A stretch of DNA of 64,000 nt from Eledone cirrhosa (taxonomy: Eukaryota): assembly GCA_964016885.1 (NCBI GenBank), contig OZ024741.1, positions 141,112,001 to 141,176,000 on the forward strand. The letters are read 5' to 3'. The number at the start of each line of letters is the position of its first letter. Position 1 is the first letter of the stretch. The position numbers were made by a program, and so were the translations under genes. The notes under the pieces are model-generated. The model was given only the letters and a program-made list of their open reading frames with translations. It was not told the DNA's origin and made no database searches. Shown here one piece after another: positions 1-15,861 of the stretch.

Positions 1-287
1 TGTGTGTATGTATATATATGTGTGTTTGTGTGCATTTGAATTATTCCTCAGTTTTTTTGCGGCTCGCATAACGTAACCAAAATCGATAGTTGGTGATCGA
101 TGATCGATTACTTAGATTGATTTTAAATTCTGGTACTTCGAATCATGAAATAGCGCTCGTAAGAATTTTATTTTTCCATCTAAAATACATATTTTTCATT
201 GAAATATAAGCATTGAGCATCTATACAAGATACGATGTATTCTCATAAGATATATGGGCCCTCTCTCTATATATATGTAAAAAGCAA

Positions 288-577
288 TGGTAAAGATCCT
301 CTTCGATCACGAATGACCATGGGATCTTCACCATAGGTCCCCACAAGGTTGTGGGAGACCAGCAGTCTCCCATACATACCAGTCACCCTACTCCACGCCA
401 CCGATGTTGTCCAAGGGAAAGGCAGAGGGCGATACAGCTTGACTCCAGTGACGTCGCAACTCATTTCAAACTGCGTGAGATGGAGCCACTTGAAATAAAG
501 TTTTGCAAAGCCCGGTCCGAGAATCGAACTCACAACCTCACGATTGAAATCCCGACGCTCTAACAATTAAGCCATGC
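288..577 (-). mobile_element. tRNA-derived SINE (family B)
   Basis: Minus strand begins with a tRNA-like head: A-box TGGCTTAATTGTTAGAGCG, B-box GAGTTCGATTC, followed by a non-tRNA body. Confidence 0.65.
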
Positions 578-587
578 TATTAATTTG

Positions 588-830
<243 letters not shown>

Positions 831-1029
831 GATAAATCTACTAAGAGTTTACGGTAGTGTCCAATCCGTATGAAGAACTCAATGTATTCCGGATATCATG
901 CCAATATCATTGAATAAGCATGCCAATTCTAACACATATATATCCTAGAAACGATCGTTAAATAATGAACTTTTTTTGTTTAATATAAGGAACTGTTTCA
1001 TTGTTTTATTCATTATTTGTTTAATATTT

Positions 1030-2435
<1,406 letters not shown>

Positions 2436-2456
2436 AGGAACACTTGTGATTATTTA

Positions 2457-2496
2457 TGCCCTTGAGAAGCCCAACTGGGCGAAACGTACGTAGGTG
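2457..2496 (+). ncRNA. Minimal type I hammerhead-like ribozyme (CUUGAGAA core variant)
   Basis: TGCC-CTTGAGAA-GCCC aact GGGC-GAAA-CGTACG-TA-GGTG, followed by AATAAA near 2505. Stem II is perfect and loop III is palindromic, as in Penelope pLTR hammerheads. Confidence 0.6.
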
Positions 2497-2552
2497 CTGT
2501 TTTAAATAAACATGTTTTAACGGTCTATTCTCCGAATTTTTACTTTCCCACG

Positions 2553-2600
<48 letters not shown>

Positions 2601-2604
<4 letters not shown>

Positions 2605-2714
2605 CAAGTATGACCCTGACGGCAGAGCTCAAGCCGTTTCGAGGGCTATTTCTGGAGGTCCAGAAATAGTCGTAGAAACATCTTCAGCTCTGCCGTCGGG
2701 GTCATACTTGTTCC
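2601..2714. repeat. Long inverted repeat / hairpin with hammerhead-like core on the minus strand
   Basis: GGAACAAGTATGACCCTGACGGCAGAGCT pairs with AGCTCTGCCGTCGGGGTCATACTTGTTCC; inner stem CTATTTCTGG-aggt-CCAGAAATAG. Minus strand has CTGAAGA (2687-2681) and GAAA (2640-2637). Confidence 0.85.
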
Positions 2715-2796
2715 TATTACCCACTGTACTACCCTAAGTATTGAGTACTTTGGTGCGTTATGGTCCATCTGGTTCCTTACCACAATTCCTTCGTTA

Positions 2797-2919
<123 letters not shown>

Positions 2920-3088
2920 TTATTAAAATAACAGATTAAAGTTTAAGCAAAGAATCGCTGCTTTCACCCTTAACGAGATCTTCTGAAACTAACAAAGTCA
3001 GTCTGTAAACGCAGAAGTGGATATTTCAAAAAACGTTGCAACCGGAGGAAGACAGCCCTCTTTGGATTTTAGTCTTCAAATTTATTAT

Positions 3089-3170
<82 letters not shown>

Positions 3171-3234
3171 ATAATAATATATAATAATATATAATAATAA
3201 TAATAATATATATATATATATATATATAAGTTAA

Positions 3235-4425
3235 AACAATGAAATAAAAAATCAAGTCATTAGAGATATACTTCACTGCTTTACGATCGTTTCTAGATGA
3301 TGATAATACATTGTAGTTATACTCCGTTATTGTTCTATGTAAGGTTAGTTACAAACTATCAGATAAAGAGAATATTTACTTACATGCATATAACCAGCTG
3401 TTTTCAAAAGCAATAATAATTTTATTCAGAATTAGTAGTATGTTAGTATCATGTCCTTATTTGAAGGTTGTTGGAGAACTAACGAATCAAATTGTTTTTG
3501 TCATATGGTGTTAAGATGAAAAGTAATACACTTTAGTTGAGATCATGACCCTTTGAAAGGAATGGTTGAAGGGTGTTAATAGTAGAATTGGCATAACAAT
3601 CTATTGGGAGGAAAGGGATTGTCAAACTGATAGTTAAATGTATCTGGTATAGTGAAGTTAAAAAGAATGTCAAAATAAATGGTGATTAGTGTTGTATTGA
3701 GTTTTTAGGTAAATATAAATTAAGGTTATGGCTAGGAAAGATAGTATATTAAAAGATGAAAATTATAATAAGATAATGAAATACAGTAATGCGATAATAT
3801 ACAACTTAACCAACACAATATAGTACGGTGTGTTAAATTCCACTTAGTATAATACAGCATATGATACGCTCTAAAATACTATCAAGTATGTTTATGCATA
3901 AATAATCAAACTCAGTTAAATACATGTTGGCATAGTTAAAACACATAAATTTCAGAGATTACAAAGTGCATATATCCACACTACATATAGAGAGAGGTAC
4001 AGTTATATTGATATCCAACCAAAAATATACATACGCACAAATAGGTGCAAACCTAAATACACATTTACACATATGCACATAATCATATACACACATATCC
4101 ATACATATCTACATCCACACATACACACCTATACCCACATATATACATATATATATATATACACATATACATACATATATATATATATACTTATACATAT
4201 ATATATACACACACATATATATATATATACACACATATATATATATATACATATGTGTGTGCGTACACTCCTCATACATGTACATACACTCATATATAAA
4301 CATTCATACACCTATACTTACATATACACACACACAAACACACTTATATCTATATATATATACACATACACACACACACGTACATATACATATATATATA
4401 CACATACATATATACACATACATAA

Positions 4426-4459
<34 letters not shown>

Positions 4460-6345
4460 AAATATATTTCCATATCATACATAGATATATATTTCTTCAT
4501 GCAATTACAGGTGTTTGTGTACCTTGTTGCCTTTAGTCATTAACGCATAAACCTAAGGAAGCTAAAACATTAAAAGGTAAAAAATAAGCATGAATGCATA
4601 TAATTAGGGGAAAGGGGTACTAATAAATGTTACTCTATATATAATTATAGTGAGTTGCTATTTAGAATATTTAATTAGGTTTATAGTATTTAATTAGGTT
4701 TAAAGGATTTAAATGTTCTTCGTATACGGTGATTACAAACTATGATCAGTTCCTGCCTTTTATTTAATAAATCGTCCTTAGATTTAGGAATTTCCAAGAT
4801 CTACCCTGAACATTATCTGCATTCCCTCCTGTTCCCAAGATATGGAGTTCTTTGTAGAATGGTGTTCCACGATAACTTGAAATCTATCTTTTTCTTTTTA
4901 TAATTATTTACCGCTTCAGCTAAAGATGTGGTGTTAGCTAGTTTAGTATTGTTGAAACTACTAGAGTGTGCGTAAAATCTTTTCTTAAATGTGTTTGATG
5001 TAGATCCTATATATGTTTTGTTGGAGTCTGTAGTAGACACAGTGCATTTATATATTACATTATTAATCAAACAGTTGCCATTTAAGGGGCAAATGCTTCT
5101 ATTTCTTCAATTACATCCATACGTAAGATAGTTGTTGGGGGAGCCTATACTATTCTCATTAATCCATGAGCTATTCCTATTGTAATTAATGATAGCAGGA
5201 GAATGATGGTTGCTTTGTGGGTGGTTTGGTGCTAGGGTTGTATTGTAATTTTGTGTTCTGTTGTTTTTGTGTTGGTGATTTTGGTGTTTGTGTTTTCTAG
5301 GTTCAGGGATTGTATTATTTGCCTTTTTAAAAGGTTCAGTCCTATTTAAATTCTGTTGTGGTGGTGTAGTCATATTATTTTAAAGTTTTTAAATGTTGTA
5401 GTTGCTTATTTTTTGCTGGAGATTGCTTGATGTAGATTATGAGAATTTAACAGTATATTTGTTAAATATTTGGTGGTATCTGTGGTTTGGTGGAAAATGT
5501 TTATGTAGAATTTTAAAGAATTTTTGGGGGATGTGTCCAATAGTTTGCAGGTTCAAGGGTGCGTTGTACCATGTTATGTTTCGTTTGCGGTTTTTAGTTA
5601 AGTTCTTATTACCACTTATATTATTGTGCTGTGTTCTAGAAGAATTCCTATGGTTAGTATCCTTATTTGTGGAATTTGGTAAATTACCGTGGTTGTATTT
5701 GGTGTTATTTTTGGCTAGATTATAAGATTTTGAGTGCTTGGTATTCATATGTGGGTTGATAACATTGGTCATAGATCGTATAGTAATAGTTGTTGTGGTT
5801 TTTTGATTGTTTGGTGTAATAGGAATAGTCCCTTTAGGTATTTGTTTCAATGGTATTTTTTGGTGTTTGTAGTTTTTGCTAGGTTTTATGTTTTGGTCCA
5901 TAGTAGTGTTGGGGATATATGAGATTTTTTTCTGTATATCCACTTCTAGTTAAGGCCTCTTTGTAGAAGGGTGCATTATTATAAAATATATCTTCATTGG
6001 AAGATAATTTAGAAAGTCTAAGAGATATGTTATATACTAAGTTCTTGAGTATAGAGCCAGGGTGGTTAGATCGTGAATGTACATAATGTAGATTCTGGTT
6101 AGGTTTGTGGTACGGTTGCTAAGTATTCGTAGAGAGGTCTAAGGTAACGTCAAGCAAATTAGCTAATTTTGAAGTGTTTTCAAAAGTGATGCTAATGCTG
6201 TAATAGTCCTTGAGGAATTTTCTAATTTGTTTTTTGTTTTTCTCTATATTGGAATTGCTAAGATTGTTAGATAACAATAGACAATCATCCCGATAAAGAC
6301 CACCTTTGAGGTGGGGAAAAGAGTCATGAATGTTATAGAGGTGAA
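3235..6345 (-). mobile_element. Penelope-like retroelement (Naiad-like), 5'-truncated and decayed: RT C-terminal half, linker, GIY-YIG endonuclease and long 3' tail
   Basis: Minus strand: GGLYRDDC (about 6284-6304), LDVTLDL..QPYHKPNQNLHYVHSRSNHP, RKRNITWYNAP..KHFPPNHRYHQIFNKYTVKFS, CN*RNRSICPLNGNC, VIYKC..YIGSTSNTFKKRFYAH, C-terminal LLNKRQELIIVCNH. Several stops and frameshifts. Confidence 0.9.
3279..3368 (-). ncRNA. Degenerate hammerhead-like motif at the 3' end of the Penelope element
   Basis: Minus strand: CTGATAG ... CTA-GAAA-CGATCG-TA-AAG. The core is mutated and stem II is long. The same CTAGAAACGATCGT occurs at about 945-958 on the plus strand. Confidence 0.35.
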
Positions 6346-7083
6346 TAGATTTTAATTTGTCACTAATACCCCAAACTTATATATGTAAAATATCTGTCTG
6401 TTGTGCTGCTAAACTAGAATTTCACTTTGTTAGGTTATCATCCTACATTTATCTCTGTAAATAGATATTTCTCTAATAATATCCAAATTTTGATCCAGTT
6501 CTAAACAATTATGAAATTGTATCTAACAAGTTATTGATTAAAATACTGTCGTAATCACTATAAACTAGACGGTTTCTCTTCTGCAAAATTTTAATCACAA
6601 AAGCAAATTTTCTTCTTTGTCTGATTGCTTATATATCCTGTAATCGAGGTATGTATGGCACACACATTCTGAACTCCAGAAAGCAAATACATTCAACTCT
6701 TTCGCGCTATTTACTGACGATACCCGTCCACTATTAATAATATTTATCATGAATTATTTTTATTTACCTTCTAAGATAGATATATCATATTGTTTTAGAC
6801 TGACCTATTTCTAATACCATTCAATATCAATCGTGCAGTTCCTTTGTATATATATGTGTAAACCATAGTGGAGCTATATCGCAATTCATGTCACATTCAA
6901 TCATTTTCTAAGATATCTATTGTGTTAGCTGAAAAACAATATTGTTCAACAGTCCTAGGTTTATGTATGTAATATCATTGTAAATATTTTAACGTTTAAT
7001 CTGAAGCAGTTTAATATATACGCACACACACTATATATATATATAAAACGAAAAATCAGTGATGCCTCTGAACTCAATTTATT

Positions 7084-7173
7084 GTGTGTTACAATTGTTT
7101 CGCCGGCAGACATCTCGAGACACGATCATTGCGTGGATCTGTCTGATTCTAGAACTGCAGGTTCGTCGGACAC
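7084..7173 (-). ncRNA. Hammerhead-like motif (Penelope pLTR type), one core mismatch
   Basis: Minus strand: GTGT-CCGACGA-aCCtGCAG...CTGCcGGc-GAAA-CAATTG-TA-ACAC, then AATAAA. Confidence 0.5.
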
Positions 7174-7738
7174 TGGCAATAATTTCGGAAGAAATTTTCT
7201 CACAGGGTGTTAGCTTCAAAAAACATCTTCCTCGCTTGTCATGCTGTTGGCAGTTGTTTTTCTACGTCATCATAAATTCTGGCCAAAAGTTGCTGCCATA
7301 CTGTCCATCAGCTACTCTCTGTCCGACACACTTCAATTCATGCTGGGTTTTGGTATTTCACAAGTCCACTCACACACACATATACACACATACACACACG
7401 CATATATACATACATATACACACACACGCGCACACAGACATATATACATGTATATACATATACACATATATGTATATATACATATACACACACAATCACA
7501 TACACACACACACGCACATGACCATAAACTAACAACATACGTGTCTACAGCGCCTGCCTACATGCCCTCGTACATCAGCTCTCACACGCACGTACACACG
7601 CAAACGCATACAAGGACACACACATGCGTACGCGTACATCTACTTATATACACAAACACGTACAGACATATACATAGACATGCCCACGCACATACACACG
7701 GCTGTCCGTATAGAGAGGCACAAAGACAGACACGCTCC

Positions 7739-7787
<49 letters not shown>

Positions 7788-7860
7788 GTACACACACATA
7801 AACGTACCCACCAACAATCCCTTACTCTATGTTAGGTGCACGTACACACACACACACACA

Positions 7861-7895
<35 letters not shown>

Positions 7896-8177
7896 GCTCA
7901 TATACATTCAAACAAATACGCGCCCAACTACCACCGTGCCCACGTACATCTACAAAGATACATACACGCACACACATATGTCTGTCCGTACTCAAATGTG
8001 ATATAGTCACAGTCATATAGATCTGCACATAAGGTCATACAGGGTCATCCATGAAAGGATGCATCCTGTTATACATGCACGAGTACAAACAATGTAACCA
8101 AATACATACAGCCATACACATACATGCATGCATACATACACACATATAAATAAATAAGTAAATAGAATAATAAATAA

Positions 8178-8220
<43 letters not shown>

Positions 8221-8225
8221 TACAC

Positions 8226-8266
<41 letters not shown>

Positions 8267-9663
8267 TACACACCCACATATATATGTGCATACAGACATA
8301 CATACACATCTATAAAAAAAAACTACAATATACTAAAATATACATCTAAAGTCATACATTAAAAGATGTATCTCGTACTAAACATGCACAGATATAAATA
8401 TATCATCATATACATACATCCATACACATTCACGTAACACATATATATATATACATACACACACATATATAAATATATATATATATATATATACATACGC
8501 TTACACATATACACACATATAAAAACAATAAAATAAATATACAATATACAATAAAATAAATATACAATACATCCATACACATTCACGTAACATATACATA
8601 TATATATATAGATACACATACACATATATTATATACACACACACACGCCTACGCATATACACACATATAAAAACAATAAAATAAATATACAATATATTAA
8701 AATATGCATATAACGTCACATAGACATATATAAAAAAAAGAGAGGAGAAAGAAGAAGGTACGTGTATGCGTGTGATATAGTACATATGGGGAGTAAGAGA
8801 TGCACACTTAGGTCTGTGTACGGAACAAATATGTGTTCCAAAAGGGAACACGTGGAGAGTATGTATTCACGATTGAAAAGGTACATATGCATGGAGGCAC
8901 GTAGCCCGGTTATATTGGGGTATGTCACTATGGTTGAGGTGTGTTGTCTTATAGGTGTAAGGTACTTGACTGAACGATCGTGGAATCCGGGTCAACCTGT
9001 CCCGGCTCAGGCGATATTCCTGCCTTGGGTGACGTGCAGAGCCGGGTATGCATCTTGGGTTATTTTGGTTTACCCACGGGGCATATAATGTCATCAGGGT
9101 ATGGTCTCTGATCCCTTGAATCCATTTCGTTGCTCTGGTCGGCGCGTGCTCCGCCGCATGCCCTTAGCCTGGGCTTCCCGGAGGATTCCATGCGGAGAGT
9201 GTGCACCTTCTCTGGTGTCTGCAGGTCATGATAATTTCCGATTTCAGGTTGACCGCGTCATCCTTCAGTCTGACTATTTCCATGGCCTCTCACTACTACC
9301 ACAACCACACCACTACTACAACTACCACCACCACTACCACTACTACTACCACCAGTACTACCACTACCACCCTCTAATTAACTTTCTTATCTGCCTATTT
9401 GCACATCACAACAGACTAACATCTTTCTTTCTAAGGGGACATGTGTGTGTATATATATATATAATGTCTGTGTGTGTATGTGTGTGTATGTATATGTATA
9501 TAGATATAAGTGTAAGTCTATGTGTGTATATATATATGTGTGCATGTGTATATAGTATATATATATTTGTGTGTATATATATATGTATATATATATATGT
9601 GTGTATATATATATATGTATATACATATATGTGTGTGTACGGTGTGTGTATGTGTGTATATAT

Positions 9664-10030
9664 ATGCATAGGCTACACTTTCTACTTCCAGCCGAGTATG
9701 CATTCGCGTGCTGAACGATACTCCAGTCAAGGGCGTACGGGGTGCCTTTGTCTTCCACGTCCCACACCAGGTCCGCTAGCCTAGTGGAGTGCCTCTTGCT
9801 TTGGTCCTTGAAGGAGTTCGTGTGGTTATACATCCGCGATTTAAATGTTGCGCCGATGTAGGTGCACTTTACATTGTGGGTGCTAACCACACATTTGTAT
9901 ACCAGGCCCTTCGTCAGGCATTTTCCCTGTAGGGGGCACTGGTTGCCCGCTCTGCAGTTACATGTTCTGTTCTGTTGTTATTTTTTTCGCTTCGGACGCC
10001 TGGCCCTCGATCTGTTATAGCCCTCTCTCT
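9664..10030 (-). mobile_element. Second Naiad-like Penelope element, GIY-YIG endonuclease fragment (3' tail may extend to about 7050)
   Basis: Minus strand: CNCRAGNQCPLQGKCLTKGLVYKCVVSTHNVKCTYIGATFKSRMYNHTNSF..HSTRLADLVW..DWSIV..AYSAGSRKCSLC. Confidence 0.88.
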
Positions 10031-10044
10031 GTAAGAAGTGTATG

Positions 10045-10158
<114 letters not shown>

Positions 10159-12480
10159 GCGTATCATATATTTATAATTTATGTTGCATACGCTGTGTTC
10201 GTAACTAAGTCAATTTATATGCGTATCACTAATATCTCTCTTTCTCTCTCTCGTTGATTTTGAAGTCGAGTGTTCCAGTTGTTTTCACATTGTAACAGGC
10301 GGTTAGTGTAATTAACACAAAATCCCTGAGCATTCTACAATCACATGTACCCGTGCCGTAATCCTCAAAGTTATTCAGCTTGACTCAGTGATGGCCTTCT
10401 GAATACTATACAACTATTTTTATTCTGAGGAGTAGTATGTTGATCCTCTGATCTAGTTTATTTAGTGATTCTTCCATCTCCAAACTTGCCCTCATGATTA
10501 GTGCCATCTGGTCGCCGATATATGACACATATTACCATTATTTGCTTTGTGTTTTCTATTAGTGTTCAGACTGAATTAGAATATGAAAACAGTATTAGGG
10601 GTGAGCCATCTTCATGGATATATAAATAAGGCCAATATGAGTTCTTGTGCTCCTTTCAGTACGAAATACAACATACGTTGGTATGTGTATTTCCGCTATG
10701 GTAGCTGCTATGTGCGTGTGAGATAGAGCTGTAGTGGAGTTCCTGTGTTTGTCACAACCTTAGTACTGTAGTTACATTCCAACTCAATCTGTGATATATT
10801 AATATTTCAAGTCCAGATAAAGTCTTCCGACAGGTTTCCATATAGATACAGTTTACATGCTTTAGACCACAAGGCGTGGATCAACTCGGAGATTTAATAA
10901 AGTTACTGGCCCAACGTAGTGGGGTGGTTACCGGGACTCTAGTTATGCACAAACACAGAAAGTGAATCACTTGACAATACTTTTCAATAAAATATTCCAT
11001 ACGTGTAGGTCAGGAGTTCTCCTAATTTGGTGCAAATTTATTGGTTATGGATTTGAACGTTCTGAAATATTGACATTAAAATATTTTCAAGTTATACATA
11101 AAAAATGAATATTTTACTAAACAAAGCACGTATTTCTTGTGTCTGTCTGCAATATCGAGATTCCAAGAGAAATATTAATTCATTATTAATATATTAATTG
11201 AAGACAATTTTCATATATCATGAGAATTTTGTCGAATATTCAAGTCTTTATGTGTGATCGTGTGTATTTATGTATCTGTATTTTGTATTTCTTAATTACT
11301 CCATTTCCAATAAAACAGTATATTTCACTAATTTAGAGGGGAATAGCTTTCGAGAAATCGACAAATTAGAAAGTAAACATGTCTCGCTGTTTGTCATTGT
11401 CTCTACACGGGTGGGAAGTCAAGTGGCTTAATGATTATGGTGCTCAGTTCAGGTGTCGTAAGAAAGTTAGTCCCATTCTCCCGGCGTATTGTGTCCTGCT
11501 TAAGGCAGAAATAAATCCTGAGCATGTATAATAAGGATTAATCCCGTATCAGCTTTGACGCCACGTATTGAGGTGTTTATTCAACTGAATATCCGACTCA
11601 TAAACTAAGGTGTAATTAGTTATATCATTGACATGTGTACCCTCAATATAATTCCAAAGCCGAATCAACGCTACACAATAAGTAACAGCACTTCGGATTA
11701 CAGGTACCATCGATTGGATGGACGTCCAACTTCGATATACGCAATTTCACCCCAAAACCTAGATTCTTGAGACAAATTCTTCAATAAAACACACATCAGA
11801 ATCGAACCCGCGATTTCATGATTGCGGAACAATATTTTTATCTACACAGCCGTAGTTATGATCATTTGCCTAAAATTATTTCGGCTAGGACTATACATTA
11901 AACTTCACAATTGACTAATAGGAAAAAGGCTTTATTTGAAAACACTGGACCACATTTTTTGAGACTAAACTTCGGTAATTCTTGGTCAATCTGATACATT
12001 TATAGCGTGCAAAATATTGCTGTGTTAGTGTAAATACATTCTCTGTCGGTGTCGTTATTCCAGAGGTGTGAAAGCGAAGCCAGGCAATGCCACATTTAAG
12101 ACGAAAGGAAACCATAATCAGTCTCTCATATACAGTCTTTAACGGATAAGCTAAAGATAGCCGTTCATTATCAATGCCTTTTCTGTTTTTAATGATTTTC
12201 CATGTACAACCTTGGTTTCACATCGTCCAATACTGCTGTGGGATAAATAAGACGACGTTCGAGATGAGAACTGCAATAGTGAATGTATTATTTTTGTTCG
12301 TCAATATAGTGAGAAATTTATTTATTGAATACTGATAACATGAATGTTCTCTCCTGCGAAACAAAATTTATCCAAAATTATTTCGTTTCGTTAGCATATT
12401 AGATAATACACTAACGAAACAAACGCGTGTATTCAAATTATGCAATCGTTGTAGGATATTCCTTACCAACTTTTTACTAC

Positions 12481-12668
<188 letters not shown>

Positions 12669-12690
12669 TTATTATTATTATTGTATGTTA

Positions 12691-12882
12691 GGGCGGTGGA
12701 TTGGCAGTATCGGTAGAGGGTCGGACGCCATGCTTTGCAGCAAAGAGTTACGGCCCTTTATGGTCTGAGTTCAAATCCCGCCGAGGTTAACTTTGCCTTT
12801 CATCCTTACGGGGTCTATAAAATAAAGTACCTGAAATACACTGGGATAATTGCTCGCCTTGTGCCAAAAGTAGAAACAATTA
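12691..12882 (+). mobile_element. tRNA-derived SINE family A, full length
   Basis: Head GGCGGTGGATTGGCAGTATCGGTAGAG, B-box GAGTTCAAATCCC, core GCCTTTCATCCTTACGGGGTC..TAAAATAAAGTACC resembling the LF-SINE/Meta-type domain, tail AGAAACAATTA. TSD ATTATTGTATGT at 12677-12688 and 12879-12890. Confidence 0.85.
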
Positions 12883-15716
12883 TTGTATGTGTATGCGCAT
12901 ATTGTTCTGTATATCGGGGAACGTATAGGACGTGAAAGAGCATGCATCTAATTGTTTTCTTCTTTATTTCGAAGTAGGCTAAGATTCGATTTCTGCTTTA
13001 ATTGAGATAATTGCCATTAACTTAGTCAAGTGTAATCAAGATCCATCCGTGTAAGGATAATGGAACTGACAGAACGGAATAAATAACTTACGTTTAATTA
13101 CGTATCAGAGTTCAAATTCAATAAACGTGAAGATGTTTCTTTTTGTTTCTGCAGTCTTGGTGAATTAGATAGCATCTATAAGCTGCAATGAAACTAATCG
13201 ACCTCAATGTAAAATCGAAGCTGATAGCATTTGGACTAATTCTCAGTGCCACTGTTAAATTGCAGAGGATTGTCTGGCAAACTAGGTATTTTACTTGTAT
13301 TTGCTCTTCATTTTAGATGATTGGTTGTACAGATAATTTCTTGACACTTACAATATGAGGACTTGATCAATGGTTCGACTACGTGTCATTTCAAACACGG
13401 ATTGTCAACAGATAATGGATTAAATAATTAGTTAAGTACTAAGAAATGTTACTAATAGTGTCGGTAAAATGATTTTGTTAAAAATATAATTTACAAAAAT
13501 GAAATAAAACGCGAGATAGAAATGAAAGGGTGCACATTTCACACTCTTGATTTCACATAGGGGAGATAATAGCTGGCATTTGAACAGTTAATTAAGCTTT
13601 AATGTGGCTCCCAGATTAGTTTACCAAGAAACCATCAAGAATAAGTTATAATTCCCAGCAGAAGTTAAAACTACAAAGGAAGTTTTAAAAAGAAACACTG
13701 TTGTATTTATGCCAGAAAACACAAGGCTTACCAATGTATTCTATATAAAAACAACCATTTATATTATTTTTAATGATTAGTCTATTAGCCACACTGGGCC
13801 AGAGATTATTTCTATTTATGTCTTTTTATAAGTGCTTTTTATATTTTGATTTAGGCATATTTTTATTTTGTCCTGGTAAATAAGAATATTGTATAATAAA
13901 TAGTTATTTGTATTTTAACCATAGTAATTTCTTTACTAGTGGCTCCTTGCCGCCAATAAAGATGGTAAAATAGACGTAATTATTTTTGGTATCCAGGATC
14001 ATCCATATGCTATATATACCAGGTTTAATGGATATACACTAACTGGGAAATTAGCCTTGTGGTAGATTAATATTTAGAATAGGAGAAACCCTATAGATAT
14101 AAATGTTATTTTAGTATATTTCTTGGATATAATACATACATGTTCAGCATATGTATACAAATGATATACAGGATCAAATGTATGTGTAACCTTGTAGAAA
14201 TAACTATTAACAGGGCTAGGTACAGCTTTAGAATCCACGAGTTTGTAACTGAAATGCGAACATATTGACGCAACGTGGCTTAGGTGTGAAATGCATCGTA
14301 TATATATGTAAAAATTTCAAGGCGCTGCAGTCATATTTATATAAATATAAAAAGGCAAACGTCATATTATTATGTTTGATGATTATGCATTATGTTTTAT
14401 AATAGTATATTTGTTTGATTTTTTAAATAAAATTGTATTGCTTTTGGAGAGAAAATATACATATATAAAGCCAAATCCAAAGTAGCCATGATGGATGGTG
14501 TGCTGCTTTCTTTTAGAAAATCCAACATTTCTTTCCAATTTTCTGTTTCCTCATTTGGAATCTATTTTTCTAGCAAATTAGCTTTATTTTATTATCTACG
14601 AAATTTTATACATTAACTTACGCTGGCACGCACGCACATATGGCACGGCGTAGTATCTTGGATATGTGACCTTTATCATAACATTGGGTCTATACTCTTT
14701 GATTCAAATTGGAAGCCCAATATAGGGACTGTATCTATAATTCTACCTGCCAGCCTTCTCATGCTGTGTAATGATGAATCAAACGTAAAATTATGTTGCG
14801 TGTGCCTATGGAATGTTTAGCCATTGCATGTTAATGTCAAGAGAATGTTGTTCCGTTATTGGGACAACTGGAAAATTCGGAACATTCGTCGTCAAACCAG
14901 ACGGATGGCAATATTATTCCCCACACCAAAACTAGTTTCTTTGGATGTAATATCTAACACTTTGCTTAATTTCTCTCGAATATGGATATTAATTATTGGA
15001 AATATGCTACACTAATAGTATTGAATTGGAGGAATTTTTATAGGTAAAGATTTCATTGGAATGCGTAACATTACTCCTATTTGAAAAAGCTCAAAAGACT
15101 TTGAGAGATTATTATTTTATTCATCCCTACGGGGTCGATAAAGTAGATTACCAGTACTGCACTAGGGTCGACTTTACCCTCCCCAAAAAATTGTTGATGT
15201 TGTACCTAAATCAGAACCCATTATTAGTATGTCTATTGTTGTAGCGAACTATACCGCAATTTTATTTGCTTATTACATCGCCACTTATTCTAGCAAATCA
15301 TAAAACAAATTAACAAACATTCTAAGTTTTGACCATTTATTTTTTATATTAAAGCTGTCGAGTATGTCATGTAAAACGTCGATGATGTTGCTCAGCGAAT
15401 GCGTGTGTATGAACGATTGGAGCAGTGGTGCTGTTCTGTTGTGTTTTTTTTAAATCCAACTAACAAATAAAATACTTAATAGTTCTTTCTAATCAAACCA
15501 TGGAATTTCCAGAGACTCAGTTATATCTGAAAGGATTAGAATGTATCGTTATAATATTTTGGGCCTTTCAAAAATGTTATTATATATCGAGGAATTTGCA
15601 ATTTTAAGTCCTCTGTTTCAAAATAGTTAAAAGTTATTTTTTATTTTATTTCTCATATCAATGTGTCGGTAGCGTTCTTTAAGTAGCCGGTCGAGTTGCT
15701 TTACCAAACTAATATT

Positions 15717-15820
15717 AATTGTTTCTACTTTTGGCACAAGGCCAGCAATTACCACGTACATTACTGGTACTTTATTTTATCGAGCCCGTAAGGATGAAAG
15801 GCAAAGTTAACCTCGGCGGG
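15717..15820 (-). mobile_element. SINE family A, 5'-truncated
   Basis: Reverse complement of the 3' half of 12691-12882. Confidence 0.8.
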
Positions 15821-15861
15821 TGTTTTGAATGAATATTATTCATTATAATCTTCCCGTTTTG

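Noticed and set aside
9060-9135. CTGATGA with an upstream GAAA on the minus strand (possible type II hammerhead)
   Set aside because: Stem II cannot be formed.
9215-9270. SECIS-like ATGA..AAA..GA stem on the minus strand downstream of the second Penelope endonuclease
   Set aside because: ATGA-to-AA spacing is 13 nt, helix II is short and helix I is weak. The visible coding part of this element has no in-frame TGA. It would need SECISearch to revive.
12691-12790. tRNA-like A and B boxes as tRNA genes (also at other copies)
   Set aside because: No cloverleaf, and the boxes are followed by a shared SINE body and TSDs.
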